NCBI RefSeq assembly: GCF_002113885.1
Contig: NW_018407853.1
Location: forward strand, 1,207,113 to 1,271,112
Reading direction: 5' to 3'
Origin: Mizuhopecten yessoensis
Lineage: Eukaryota
Length of the DNA: 64,000 bases
Below the pieces are notes generated by a model. That model saw only the letters and a list, made by a program, of their open reading frames with translations. It did no database searches and had not been told where the DNA came from. Shown here in pieces: positions 1 through 13,569 of this stretch (positions are counted from its first letter, which is position 1; the number at the start of each line of letters is the position of its first letter). Made by a program: the position numbers and the translations under genes.

Positions 1-2402
1 CTGTACGTAAATGATCATTACGGGGGTCGGGGCCAACCTGTTTCTGTCTCGTATATTCCGGAGGGCGGTGGTTCAGGGTCAGGACGAGTAAAATCTTACG
101 GGTATACTTTTCTGTGTATCCATGGAGTAGTTCAAGGAAGTCTCGGAGGTGCGACTGATTTTATCCAAGAAATATAGCAAGTTGGTTCCTAGGGTACCAG
201 AAGTGCAACGTCTTCGTCTTCATTCCAAATCCATTAAGATGCCGGAAATGTCAGAAGTACGGTCATCATGAAAAACGATGAAGGCAGAAGACCGTTTCCA
301 GTATTGTGGTTCGTGAGGGTCATCAGCACCAGACTGACTGTGCTATTGCCGACATGCATTGTGTGAATTGTGAGGGAAAGCATGCTGCTTCGTCTCGAGA
401 CTGTCCTGCCCAAAGTAGCGAAAGAGAGATATTTCAGCTTTGAAGTATACCCGGAATGTCTTCTTTCCTGAGGCTAGGAGGATAGTGAGAGTACAGCCAT
501 AGCTGCATCTCACTAAGTCCGGTCGCCGGTTGACAATGTCACGGTTTTGCCGTACCGATTCAAATTACTGTAAGCTTAAAATTTGGTGGGCAAAGGCTCG
601 GCTATCAATGAAAAACGACAAAAGAAGCAGCTGGAGAGAATATGAATCTAGAATATATCTTCAAAAACATTCTCCAGTTTAATGGGAAATGATTCTGAGG
701 CTAAATGGAAACAACAACATTAGCCTGTGTCATTAATAAAACCATTTTCTTTGAGGGCAAACGAAAACGGCTACAAAATGCACCTCTATCATCAACAAAA
801 AGCTTACAGTCACCTAAATCTTGCACTTAATGGCATTATAATCCCAGTTGTTAAGCAAAGCAACTTTCATTGACTATTATTTGAATCGAAACTCTCCTTT
901 ATTCCACATGTAAGGCATCCGAAAGATAAGTGTCTGAGTCGATAAACAATCTACAAGTCATCTCACATACTAATTGAGGTGCATACCGTTAAAGCCTGTT
1001 GCGACTTTATAGATCACTCTTCCGATAAAACCTCAGTTATCGTTCAACGGTATACGGTTCGGCAAGCAGTTCCTATGTGCAGATGTTGGATCCAATCCAT
1101 AACCAAGGGCTGCGTCTAACGCTTGTAGCTTTTTGAACGACGCCAGTGAAAAGCCTTTACGCAGAAGCGAATGAACCAGTTCTTTATGACTGAAGGAAAA
1201 GACTAGCTTCACAGTTTGCTGCTAAACTCAAATCAAAGCAAAGCAATTCTGCCTTTGACCAATTCGAAATACCTACACATCTTCGCGCAAAATCCAACAT
1301 TTGGTATCTGCATTTCCAAATTCCTGTAGGAGATCAGCATACATTTTAACAACATAGATTTATACAACGTACCGGATGCTCGACCATGGACTATGCAAAC
1401 ACCTGATGTTAATTTTACAATGCTTGAGCGGTCAAAATCTAGTGCACTGCCCGAAGAACACCAAGCCTCCATTCGTTAGTGCATTTCGAGGACCCCTTCT
1501 GATACATAGCTTTACACTGATGTTTCTAAAGATGACAAAATAGTAGCAGCAGCTTGCTGCTCTGTTCACTATTCCAATTCAATGCGCAGCACGTTCCATC
1601 GGTTTGGCCCTTGACTATATCGTTGAAAAAGCAATCGTCTATTCTGATTCTGTATTGGTCTTTTAAATTCTGCAGTTACATGATCCGATAACACTCTTAC
1701 ACAAAACCTCTCTATTCGCTAATCTTGTATCTCAAATAAATACAAAACAATTCTGCTATAGATTCCGAGCCACGTCGGAATAATAAGTTACGAAAATGCT
1801 GACAGTAGGTAAAATACATCTAACTCTCAGCAAGCCAATACCAAAATGCCACATACAGATTTCAATCATTATACAATCGGTCATTCAAAGGGAATGACAT
1901 CAACGATGGTCTCTCGAAACCACGAGCAAACTTTTTAAAGTGCAATCAAACCTTTAACCTTGTCTGCCCAGTCGGAGAAACCGCAGAGAGGAGGTCGTCC
2001 ATTGTCGGCTCCGCACTGGTCATACTCATCTCACTCGTGCTTATCTGCTGTATAGGGCAGATCAACCTACATGCCACGCACGTGACTCTCCATTAACAGT
2101 GGAGCACAATTTGACAAAATGTTCAGATTTTAGATATTTTCGTGATAAATACTTCAATGTCACGGACATGAAAACCCTTTTAACTTCCGTAGACTGTAAG
2201 GAATTATTCAACAATAAATACAAGACATCGGTCTGTTTTATAAAATTTCATTAACTTACATGACTCTTTTTACGGCATTTATACGTATCTCTTTCCATTT
2301 TAAATCTTTACACAATGATTTCAAATGAAATATTCTTGCCCTTAAAGACCATTGTTTTCAAAGTGCCATTAAAATCAAACAAACAACAACAAATAAACAA
2401 AC
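1..2402 (+). mobile_element. Decayed, internally deleted non-LTR retrotransposon, I/Nimb-like clade (ORF1 zinc knuckles + ORF2 RNase H/CCHC end)
   Basis: Manual translation gives IPNPLRCRKCQKYGH and HCVNCEGKHAASSRDCP (gag-like knuckles, ~220-410). RNase H-like remnants include YTDVSKD (~1510) and SHVGI (~1768). The C-terminal RREEVVHCRLRTGHTHLT...CHARDSPLTVEHNLTKC lies at ~1982-2122. An (AAAC)n-type tail lies at ~2370-2402. Many stops and frameshifts; EN and most of RT are missing. Confidence 0.85.
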
Positions 2403-2559
2403 ATATATCAATTGATAGCACCACAATATTATAACATATCATTTAACTACATGATAACAGCGATAAAATGTTATGAAATAAGAAAAAATAAAATAAAAAA
2501 GATAGTATTGTTGTTGTTTTTTATAAATCTGAGCATTTCCTGTATGGCCCTGTCCATTC

Positions 2560-3367
2560 TCGCCCTTGTATATGGATAAAGAAACCATGTGTAAATTTAT
2601 TCCGAATGGTGCTCTATTGCCATGGTAATACCTTTTAAAGTTATCTTTGAAACCTTCGTCGGTATTATTAGGTCGTTTGAAGCAGATATCGGTATATACA
2701 CAATCGTTCTTATTTCCCCATAAAACATGGTTCACCGGAATCTCCCAAAATCCCTTATGTTTTTGTTTTGGGCATATATTTGAAAATTTGCGACCGAAAT
2801 CCAATGTTAATGGCCACAAATAGCTAGCATTCACGTGAAGAAATGGTTTTGTTAGCGAAATGTCGTATGTGTTATCGAGGGTTTGGAGTGCGGTTACCTG
2901 GCCATCACCTGATGTAAATAAACCAGGACTCCTCTTAGTGACACCAACCAATTTAGCGATGTTGTCTCGTTGGTCACGTGCATCTTGCATAACCTTTGTG
3001 CCTGTATCAATGGCGGTAAGAGACACACTGTCAGCTCAAACCCGCATTCGTAGTACATCTTTGCTATGTCGTAGTGTGTTCTGATGTAATATGTATAACG
3101 TGGCTCCGATCGGACAGCCGTTCGGGTTGGCACGGCTACGTCTGAAAAGAACATTGTAGTGCTTAGAACCTTCAGGAGTCACTGCGTCATCGAATCCAAA
3201 ATACACCATTTGAGGAATGTCCCGTCGGTCCATGGGGTGTTTTAATGTACTACAGAATCCGTCCGGTAGGTGGCAGTTGATACATTGTTCACATGTCGAC
3301 TGATCAGTTACAAGATAAAAATGTGGAAACAAAACAGGGACCGCAGGATTTTTGTGAGCTCAATCAT
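2560..3367 (-). pseudogene. Frameshifted, 3'-truncated chitin deacetylase-like pseudogene
   Basis: Homologous pieces lie in three ORF frames: CINCHLPDGFCST..PQMVYFGFDDAV..NPNGCPIGATLY (3036-3332), YDIAKMYYECGFELTV (2894-3154) and QDARDQRDNIA..WPLTLDFG..GFWEIPVN..GNRAPFGINLH (2439-3026). A signal-peptide-like MIELTKILRSLFCFHIFIL starts at 3367 out of frame. The IVGW segment before RSP is deleted and there is no TM or tail. Confidence 0.88.
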
Positions 3368-6300
3368 AATTTTGTATGTGATATTATGAGCGCAGTTGAT
3401 CTCGTTGTTCATTTAGGAGGACAGCTTCTGGTTGTCGACACCATTTGTCTGTCGCTATCAGCAATACGCATGTCTCTGTTGTCAATCCTCACTCTAGCTG
3501 CCATCCCCAATTTTCTATCTGTCGGAATCACGCTTTGGTAGATATCAAAGAGAAGTAAAACACGTGTACTTTTACAGCAGAACTTAGATACCGATTAGTA
3601 TTTTGATTGTTAAATATAAGATAATTCATTTTCTTATATTGAGATAAAAAATGTTTTGGTCAGGTATTATGTCAAATATCGACAAGTTAGTCAATGAAAC
3701 ATCTTATTCTATCTAGCACTGTTGATATAGGAGGCACTCAGTAATTGTAGTTTTGTCATTGTAGATTTTCGTGAGAAGTTGATTCAGTAAACTCAATAAA
3801 AATATATCAAGCTCAATATAAATTTCACAACATAGCCGATTTTTTCGAAATTGCCATTTCAACAGAGCCCAATTTAGACTTATTCTACGTAAATATGGAG
3901 TTTTTTCCAGAACGTATTATTGTTAACTTATAACAGTACATACGTATTTTGATAATGCTATAGATATTCAACTGTGACAATTCAAATATCTAATTCTGAA
4001 TGACATTGTTTATAATGTTTTTGGGACTGATTCCGTGAATGCATACATTTTTAATTTATCTGTTGGGCACCTTGTTTTGATAGGGGTTATAGTCTTTTTC
4101 TTAAATAGTGTCTGAGTGACATCTACCTGTAAAAATCACCTGTTGGAAATTAAGCACATATGCTTATATAAATATTCTTGTATATTTTTTTGACTTTCTA
4201 ATTTAAATAAATATTTTTTTTTTTTTTTTTTTACTTTCTAATTTCCTTAAATTTTATATTTTTGATAATGTTAACAAGCTAATCCATATAGTATTTAATA
4301 TAATATTAATTGTCATGATCTTTCAATAACAGATGAATAAATTAATCATAAAGCACTATTAGTCAAACTTTTACAACACCCTAATTGATATATATATCTT
4401 AGTCATTTACTGGAGAAACCAAATATTTATCAGGACCTTACAAGTGTATAAGTGATAATATAATTTAAAAAAAAAGTATTATGGGTTGGGTGGGTTTTTT
4501 TGAAAATGAAAACTTCATAGTAAGCAGATTAAAGTGAAACATGTATGTTTATACATCTGGCAGTCCAGTGACAGATTTTGGGCCTTAAAGCAAAAATTAT
4601 ATCAAATAAAAAAACTATATCAGTTAAATTTAAAAACGGTAATACAGACAACGCAACAATTACTGAAATAAAAAGGATTCATAAATATCCTTTGTATGTG
4701 TGTATTTGGACTGGGGGTTTATCTATTCAACTCTCATAAAGGTCAATCTATGCAGGTGCCGCTTCAATCTTCTCCATCTTGTATGAGATCAAAATCTCTT
4801 CATGGAACTAGTCGCTTTTCCATGTCTTTAATTTATGAATTTTCTTTTCTTATAGTTTCTTTTCATATTATCAGATTATTTCTTTCATTTCAAGTATTTT
4901 CTTTCATTTTCAGTTTCCCTTTTCTTTTATTTTCGGCATTTTATAAATTACTCTTCAGGCTTTTAACTTTCCAAAAAAAATCGTTCATTTGTGTTTAACA
5001 AGAGCTAAACATTTCAGCGTTCGTCATATATGTATTTTTCCCTCATGATATTTTTTTCCCCCTTAGGTTTTTAACTAAATATACAGAGTTAAATAAATTT
5101 ATATCCTTACTTTGAAAGCAAAATCAGATAGTAAAAGAATGGTTAGGGACTAAATATTTATCACAGATACAGCAATATTACACTGTTATTTCAAACATTT
5201 TTATTTTTTTTTTATTTTTCTTCTTCTTCAAAATATACGGAGACACTTTTCAGTGTTTTGAAGATGTTACATTTTTATGATTTGACCAAAAATATTGAAG
5301 CAAACATTATTTAAGAAAGCGTTATTCTCACTTTTATCTAATTTGCATCAGCATAAGGCAGATGACAGTATTGTACCTCATGTAAATAATTTCTTTTATA
5401 ATTCATAATTCTCTATATTAGTAAGTTGGAGTTTATTTTTCCCCTATTAATATGTGAGCTCCTTTATGCAACTTACATATTTAATGTCTTAAGAGTATTA
5501 AAAAGTAATATTTTCCCAATACACAGAAAAAATGTATATCACTGTTCTATTGAATTCGATTGTAAATAATATATTGACATTAAGTATGGATTGATCGAAT
5601 AAAAATATTGAACTGATGATGATGATATCATTCTTTGGAACCTTATGCAAGTTAAATAAAAATCATAACTATTTACCTGTAAAATCACAAGTAGATATAC
5701 AGGTAAAATATCTCAGGTAAATATAGTACATATATGATACAAAATATAATTACCATCCCTTTGATGTTTCTACCTATTGTCCTAAAGATGTATGCGTTCA
5801 GGGAACATCCTGTTTTTGGACAATTCGTCAACTTATCATCGCAACTATTAAATCGAGCTTTTTGATTTTACCTATAATTTATTTATTTTAAAAACAATAG
5901 ATATATCTCATATAATCCAAGTAATGACATACCTCTCTTACATTTAAAGACATCTTTATTAAGAGATATCCTGAATTCATCTGAAGCTGTCTTTAATTCA
6001 TTGAATTTATATGCAACGAAAAGCAGCTGTTTAGCAATTTTGCAACATTAAAATATAGCCTTATTAAGCAACTTAATTTTCTTGGCAACGTAAGTGAGAA
6101 GCGAGACATTTTTGCAACGCAAATTTTATATCGTTGCTGTTTCAATTATTTAATAATTTGTCTATGTCATGCTAAATTTAGCCTTTTAAACTCAAAAATG
6201 CCATATTGCAATGTTGCGAGTACAAAAAATTGTGATTAACGGCTGTTTATCGTTGAAGGTCTTATTCCGTAAATAGGTATTCTTATTAACTGTTCTGCAC

Positions 6301-7109
6301 TAAAGACAATCCGATTTTGTATCTATACAACATTTTTTAAGTGCATTGAATCCGGCTTTTAAAAGAGGATTACATCGTCAACTCTCTTACTTCATTTACA
6401 GGAGATATTTGTCAATATTTACCGACAGTTTTCACATTTGAATTAATTATAAGTAATTGACTGAAGCGCCTCCTGTTCATATTCGTGCAAAAATATCTCG
6501 GAGCAAAACCCTCACATAGCTGCCACCTTCAAAATGTGAGAAATAAACAAATTTATAAATGTTTTTGTGCTGTGTGTTTTCAGAAGATCACCAGCAGCAG
6601 CAGCAGATACTTCTGCATGAAATTTGATCTTTTTGTTTCGTTTCCGAATTGTCTTTTTTATTGTAAATGTCTACTCTATTCGTTATTTAATTTGTTAAGC
6701 TGAACAATTTAAATTAGAAACATTTAACAGTATCGGACTAAGCAGTTTTTATTTCAGACATGCTTGTTTGTTACCATCAACAGTGGAAGTAGAACCTTGA
6801 TCTATTGACATTTTGAGGTGTACACGTATTCCAGTGCCAAAAGTAAAGAAACGTTTAAATTGAAAATTAAGTGAAAATGGAATTAAACAATTCTGTGCAA
6901 TATCCTAACCGCATTATATCAGAACGCGTCCATTTCTCATTATTAATACGTCTGCATTTTAAGCTCTTTGCACAGACGTCTTGTACAAACCACCCTGTAT
7001 TTATTTATTCATGTGCACATTGAGATGATTAGTTTCTTTTTTAATGTATAATGATGTTTGTTAGCCTTTTTTTGTTTAACAATCATAACTAATACTATTA
7101 TCCATATGA

Positions 7110-7195
7110 TGTAAAGCGCTTTAGAGTAATGTTACAAATGATATAGGGCGCTATATAAATGTTGTATATTATTATTATTTCTTATTATTATTAAT
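7110..7195 (+). mobile_element. 3' terminus of an L2/CR1-type LINE or partner SINE
   Basis: TGTAAAGCGCTTTAGAG...GGGCGCTATATAAATG followed by (TTA)n. The same tail motif ends the SINEs at 14945-15437 and 62649-63000. Confidence 0.6.
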
Positions 7196-7456
7196 AATAG
7201 GGATAATGGCTAATTTTGTAAATGGACGTAGACGATAGAGATCATCATTATTTTCAATACCTCTGTTACGAGTCGAGTTTCTGTCTACTCATTATTTCAT
7301 GTATTGATTAAATTAAAGATATGGTCCATTACGCCTGCAATATACTTATATGAATGATTGTACATAGTGTCGCCCTAAGGAACCGTTGTCGACAGTAGAA
7401 AACATTGGTATCTAACGAAAGCATTTACGACCGAGGAAATCATAACAGAACAAAGA

Positions 7457-7516
7457 AAGCAATGGCACCTGAGGAGATGGTCAAGCAATGTCACCTGAGG
7501 AGATGGTCAAGCAATG
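7457..7516. repeat. 26-bp tandem duplication (2.3 copies)
   Basis: AAGCAATG(G/T)CACCTGAGGAGATGGTC units start at 7457, 7483 and 7509. Confidence 0.85.
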
Positions 7517-7718
7517 CATTAAGTTAATGAAATTATCGATAGTTTCACACTTTCAGCGTGGAAAGCACTCATAAACCACTTTGCACATTATATTGTTTTC
7601 TTCTCCTTTTTTCAAACTTTATAACATAGCATATTCTAAAGCTAATTCAGTAAAAGCAAACCTTAGTCGATATGCTCTCCGATCCTTGAATCACGGTGTG
7701 AAAGCGTGGCGTAGTTAA

Positions 7719-8160
7719 TTTTACATGTCTCATTAGTATGTCACCCTTGCCTGTTGATATTTTACATGTCTCATTATTATGTCACTCTTGCCTGTTGATA
7801 TTTTACATGTCTCATTATTATGTCACCCTTACCTGTTGATATTTTACAATATCGCCTGGTAATGTCACACTCCCTTGGCAATATTCATGCTACCTCATTG
7901 TAATGTCACCCTCACGCGCATTTGGCGACATTTTACATTGACTAATTGTAATGTCACGCTCAAGTGGCGACATTTTACATTGCCTTATTGTAATGTCACG
8001 CTCAATTGGTAACATTTTACACTGTCTAATTGTGATGTCACGCTCAATTGGCGAGATTTTACATTGCCTTATTGGAATGTCATGCTCAATTGGTAAAATT
8101 TGACATTGCCTAATTAAAATGTCACACTAAATTGGTGACGTTTTACGTTGCCCTCTTGCC
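7719..8160. repeat. Degenerate 41-42-bp minisatellite downstream of the first dead CDA copy
   Basis: Units resemble ATTTTACATTGCCTTATTGTAATGTCACGCTCAATTGGCGAC, ~10 copies. A paralogous array lies at 21255-21790. Confidence 0.85.
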
Positions 8161-8531
8161 TTGTACCCTTGTACGGCAATATTTAACACTGCCTAATGAT
8201 TATAACTTTAACCTCAGCTCTATTTGTCTTTGTACTAATAGTAGGTAACAGCGATTTTACATCGTTTTCTCTCTGTCAAGCACATCATAAAGTTTAACAG
8301 CATCGGCATTTCAATAAAAAAGTAAAAACTTTAAAAAGTGACATTTTTTATTTATTTTATATAAGATCGATTAACAAAACTCTATATTCATCTGCATGGT
8401 TTGATAACTTAAAACGGCAATGGTTTAAAATGAAAAATAAAATGAAACTAAATCGTGAAACATGTATATATAGCATGGTAGTAAAACATTATTACGTTGG
8501 TACATTTTGTGCGATACTGATTCATTTACAA

Positions 8532-9740
8532 TCACATGTAGATATCTTCTTGCGTGAGGGGAATTTCCTCATATAACGGCCGAGAGTGGCGCTTAAATAG
8601 ACTGGGATAAACTCTCTCAACTACAATTGAAAGTGTATACAAGATAGCAACACTTGAAACTAGTATAAGAATATCTATCAAGGCCTTCTCCCCAAACGTC
8701 AGTTCATTAGAAGGTCCCGTCTTCGCTTTCTCTCGATCCTTTCCCATTACACCGGAAGTACACCAAGGTTCAAAAGCCCGGATGCCAGAGAGTTTGGTAG
8801 GACGTCTCATCCATTCAACAATTTGTTTAATATCAACGATATAAACACCATCGTTATTCAATATGTCCACAATAAACCTCTCCAAAGGTTCTTTATGTAG
8901 GCTAAGGAAATCAGTGGAATGGATGTTAATTCCAAACGGAGATCTATTGCCGTAGTAGTGACTTTTGAAATTGTCCATCAAATATTTGAAAATTTCGTTA
9001 GAATTCGATAATTTCTCCTGGCAACTATCAGCGTAGGTACACGGTTCCCCGTCAAGTATCATAGAGTTTACAGGAATCTCCCAAAAGCCATGATATTGAT
9101 CGTTGGGGCACCGAGAGGCACAGGTTGATTTGTAGGGCCACCCATAATCTAATGTAAACGGCCAGGCATTACTATCATTTATAGAACTTTTCGTATATGT
9201 CATAGAACTGTCGTAGCGGTACCTTGATTTTTGCAAAGCGAGGAACTGCATATCCCCCATCGCCATTAAAGAAGGGCTCCTCCAGCCTGCTATATCTCCT
9301 AGAGGTATTCCAACGTGTTCAGACAGCATGTTTTTATGTTCTATGACATCGTTCATGATGTTAAACCCCACATCGTATATATTATTTTCGGTGTCTGACA
9401 CGGCTAAGTCTAACCCGTGTTTGTAGTACTTTTTTGATATATCATGATCGGTGTTATTGTGTGTGATAAACAATGTGGCACTGATTGGACAGCCGTTCGG
9501 GTTGGTATGGCCTCGCATGAATAACAAATCGTAGGTTTCAGCAGAAAATGAATTCAAAACACCGTCAAATCCAAAATACACCATCTGTGGAATTTCGCTC
9601 CGGTTCATCGGATGTTTGAATGTACTGCAAAAGCAATCCGGAAGATGGCAGTTGATACATTGTTGACAGGTCTGTGCTTTCACTAGAGTAACTGTCAAAA
9701 CACTAGCACAAACTATGGAATATACCAACGTAAACCCCAT
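8532..9740 (-). CDS. Membrane-anchored chitin deacetylase-like protein (CE4), predicted catalytically inactive, copy A
   Basis: 402-aa single-exon ORF with signal peptide, CHLPDCFCS, PQMVYFGFDG, NPNGCPISATLF, GWRSP, WPFTLDYG, FWEIPVN, GNRSPFGINIH and VYIVDIKQIVEWMRRP (animal CDA-like pattern). TM segment at ~aa353-374; tail contains YEEI and DIYM. Motif 1 DD>DG and motif 2 HSxxH>SDxxN. Confidence 0.92.
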   Translation of the reverse strand: MGFTLVYSIVCASVLTVTLVKAQTCQQCINCHLPDCFCSTFKHPMNRSEIPQMVYFGFDGVLNSFSAETYDLLFMRGHTNPNGCPISATLFITHNNTDHDISKKYYKHGLDLAVSDTENNIYDVGFNIMNDVIEHKNMLSEHVGIPLGDIAGWRSPSLMAMGDMQFLALQKSRYRYDSSMTYTKSSINDSNAWPFTLDYGWPYKSTCASRCPNDQYHGFWEIPVNSMILDGEPCTYADSCQEKLSNSNEIFKYLMDNFKSHYYGNRSPFGINIHSTDFLSLHKEPLERFIVDILNNDGVYIVDIKQIVEWMRRPTKLSGIRAFEPWCTSGVMGKDREKAKTGPSNELTFGEKALIDILILVSSVAILYTLSIVVERVYPSLFKRHSRPLYEEIPLTQEDIYM

Positions 9741-9926
9741 GGTTAGTTCTGTTCCAGATATTTCATGGTGTAGAGTCAGCCTGTATACACTTTTATGATG
9801 GTAAGTAACAACGTGGAGACATCAAACAGCACATTGATTAGATAAAGTAGATTAAAGTCAAGTCCAGACGAACTATTCTCTGTGCGTGTCCTAACACATC
9901 TGGCGTAGTAGGTACATTTATATAGT

Positions 9927-10090
9927 ATTGCTATTTATAGTGTGCGATTCTTTACACTAGCCACACAGCAAGCCATACTCATTATACAAAAGGCTAATGA
10001 CAACCAGTAATACCAGTGTGATATGAAATAGGCCGTTTATTCACAAAACGACATAAAGTACAAACATGTATACACTACATTGCTATTTAT
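9927..10090. mobile_element. ~150-bp insertion flanked by 12-bp direct repeats (TSD-like)
   Basis: ATTGCTATTTAT occurs at 9927-9938 and 10079-10090. The paralogous site upstream of copy B (~23538-23549) has a single ATTGTTATGTAT and no insert. Confidence 0.65.
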
Positions 10091-10251
10091 TTGAGAATAT
10101 GCCTTAGGGAGTCATGAAATACAAGTCAGTGATCCCTTAAATATATTTCAGCGAATAAGGTAACATTGCCATTTTCCAAAACCATATATATATATTTTTA
10201 TTTGTAATGTTTTTTCCCCATTAAAAGTCATATAACATCAATATCAGTCAT

Positions 10252-11172
10252 GACATACATCAACGTGTACGTACTATGTAGTGTCAGACATACATCAACA
10301 TGTACGTACTATGTAGTGTCAGACATACATCAACATGTACGTACTATGTAGTGTCAGACATACATCAATGTGTATGTACTATGTAGTGTCAGACATACAT
10401 CAATGTGTATGTACTATGTAGTGTCAGACATACATCAATGTGTATGTACTATGTAGTGTCAGACATACATCAACATGTACGTACTATGTAGTGTCAGACA
10501 TACATCAGTGTGTATGTACTGTGTAGTGTCTGACATACATCAGTGTGTATGTACTATGTAGTGTCAGACAAACATCAATGTGTACGTACTATGTAGTGTC
10601 ATACATACATCAACGTGTACGTACTATGTAGTGTCAGACATACATCAATGTGTATGTACTATGTAGTGTCAGACAAACATCAGTGTGTATGTACTATGTA
10701 GTGTCAGACATACATTAATGTGTATGTACTATGTAGTGTCACACATACATCAATGTGTACGTACCATGTAGTGTCAGACATACATCAACGTGTATGTACT
10801 ATGTAGTGTCAGACATACATCAACGTGTGTGTACTATGTAGTGTCAGACATATATCAATGTGTGTGTTCTATGTAGTGGGAGATGAACATCAACGTGTAT
10901 GTACTATGTAGTGTCAGACATACATCAATGTGTATGTACTATGTAGTGTCAGACAAACATCAATGTGTATGTACTATGTAGTGTCAGACATACATCAATG
11001 TATATGTATTATGTAGTGTCAGACAAACATCAATGTGTATGTACTATGTAGTGTCAGACATACATCAATGTGTATGTACTATGTAGTGTCAGACATACAT
11101 CAACGTGTATGTACTATGTAGTGTCAGAAATACATCAACATGTACGTACTATGTAGTGGGAGATGTATATCA
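10252..11172. repeat. 35-bp minisatellite, ~26 copies
   Basis: Consensus GACATACATCAATGTGTATGTACTATGTAGTGTCA. Confidence 0.97.
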
Positions 11173-11282
11173 AGATTTCTCATTTAAAGATTATATTGGC
11201 TTTCAAACAATCGCTATATTGTTCTCAAATTTCCTTGTACATCTACATTAAGAGATCCACAATTGATGACTACATGTGAGTT

Positions 11283-13569
11283 ACTGACAGTACCTTACTT
11301 GGCTGATTTCACAGTACCTTACTTGGCTGATTTGACAGTACCTTACTTGGCTGATTTACAATACCTTACTTGGCTGATTTGACAGTACCTTACTTTGCTG
11401 ATTTGACAGTACCTTACTTGGCTGATTTGACAATACCTTACTTGGCTGATTTGACAGTACCTTACTTGACTGATTTAACAGTACCTTACTTGGCTGATTT
11501 GACAGTACCTTACTTGACTGATTTGACAGTACCTTACTTGGCTGATTTGACAAAACCTTACATGGCTAATTTGACAGTACCTTACTTGGCTGATTTGACA
11601 GTACCGTACTTGGCTGATTTGCCAGTACCTTACTTGGCTGTTTTGACAGTTTCCTACTTGGCTGATTTGACCGTACCTCACTTGGCTGTTTTGACAATTC
11701 CTTACTTGGCTGATGTGACAGTACCTTACTTCGCTGATTTGACAGTAACTTCCTTGGCTGATTTGACCATTCCTTACTTGACTAATTTGACAATACCTTA
11801 CATGGCTAATTTGACAGTACCTCTCTTGGCTGATTTGACTGTACCTTACTTGGCTGTTTTGACAATTCCTTACTTGACTAATTTGACAATACCTTCCTTG
11901 GCTGGTTTGACAATACCTTACTTGTCTGATTTGACAATTCCTTACTTGCCTGATTCGACAGTACCTTACTTTGCTGATTTGACAACACCTTACTTGGCTG
12001 ATATGACAGTTCCTTACTTGGATGATTTGACAATTTCTTACTGGCCTGATTTGACAATACCTTACTTTGCTGATTTGACAGTAACTTCCTTGGCTGATTT
12101 GACACTTCCTTACTTGACTGGTTTGACAATACCTTACTTGACTGATTTGACAATACCTTACTTTGCTGATTTGACAATACCTTCCTTGGCTGGTTTGACA
12201 GGACCTGTACTTGGCTGATTTGGCAGTCCCTTGCTTTGCTGATTTGACAGTCCCTTTCTTTGCTGATTTGGCAATCCCTTACTTGGCTGATATGACAGTT
12301 CCTTACTTGGCTGATATGACAGTACCTTACTGGGCTGATTTGACAGTTCCTTACTTGGCTGATCTGACAGTACCTTACTTGGGTGATTTGACAGTACCTG
12401 TACTTGGCTGATTTGCCAGGACCTGTACTTGGCTGATTTGACCATTCCTTACTTGACTAATTTGACAATACCTTCCTTGGCTGGTTTGACAATACCTTAC
12501 TTTGCTGATTTGACAGTGCCCTACTTGGCTGATTTGACCGTACCTCACTTGGCTGATATGACAGTCCCTTCCTTGGCTGATTTTACAATTCCTTACTTGG
12601 CTGATTTGACTGTACCTTACTTGGCTAATTTGACAGTACCTCTCTTGGCTGATTTGACCGTACCTCACTTGGCTGTTTTGACAATTCCTTACTTGACTAA
12701 TTTGACAATACCTTACTTTGCTGATTTGACAATGCCTTACTTGGCTGATGTGACAGTACCTTACTTAGCTGATATGACAGTACCTTACTTGTCTGATTTG
12801 ACAATTCCTTACTTGACTGATTTAACAGTACCTTACTTGGCTGATTTGACAGTACCTTACTTGGCTGATATGACAGTACCTTACTTGGCTGATTTTACAA
12901 TACCTTACTTGGCTGATTTGACAGTACCTCACTTGGCTGATTTGACAGGACCTGTACTTGGCTGATTTGACAATACCTTACTTGGCTGATTTGACAGTAC
13001 CTGCACTTGGCTGATTTGACAGTACCCTACTTGGCTGATTTGAAAGTACCTTACTTGGCTGATTTGACAGTACCTCACTTGGCTGATATGACAGTACCTT
13101 ACTTGGCTGATTTTACAATACCTTACTTGGCTGATTTGACAGTAGCCTACTTGGCTGATTTGACAGCACCTTACTTGGCTGATTTGACAATACCTTACTT
13201 GGCTGATTTGAAAGTACCCTACTTGGCTGATTTGACAGTACCCTACTTGGATGATTTGACAGTACCTTACTTGGCTGATTTGACAGTACCTTACTTGGCT
13301 GATATGACAGTACCTTACTTGGCTGATTTTACAATACCGTACTTGGCTGATTTGACAGTACCTTACTTGGCTGATTTGACAGTACCTGTACTTGGCTGAT
13401 TTGACAGTACCCTACTTGGCTGATTTGACAGTATCTTACTTGGCTGATTTGACAATACCTTACTTGGCTGATTTGACAGTACCCTACTTGGCTGATTTGA
13501 CAGTACCTTACTTGGCTGATTTGACAGTACCTTACTTGGCTGATTTGACAATATCTTACTTGGCTGATT
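11283..13569. repeat. 24-bp minisatellite, ~95 copies
   Basis: Consensus TTGACAGTACCTTACTTGGCTGAT. Occasional 25-bp CCTGTAC variants shift the frame. It is the source of the ADLTVPYL/SNQPSKVL/QISQVRYC ORFs. Confidence 0.97.

Noticed and set aside
10252-11172. CRISPR-like appearance of the 30-35-bp repeats (also 29275-30430)
   Set aside because: Units are head-to-tail with no unique spacers, there are no cas genes, and the context is eukaryotic.
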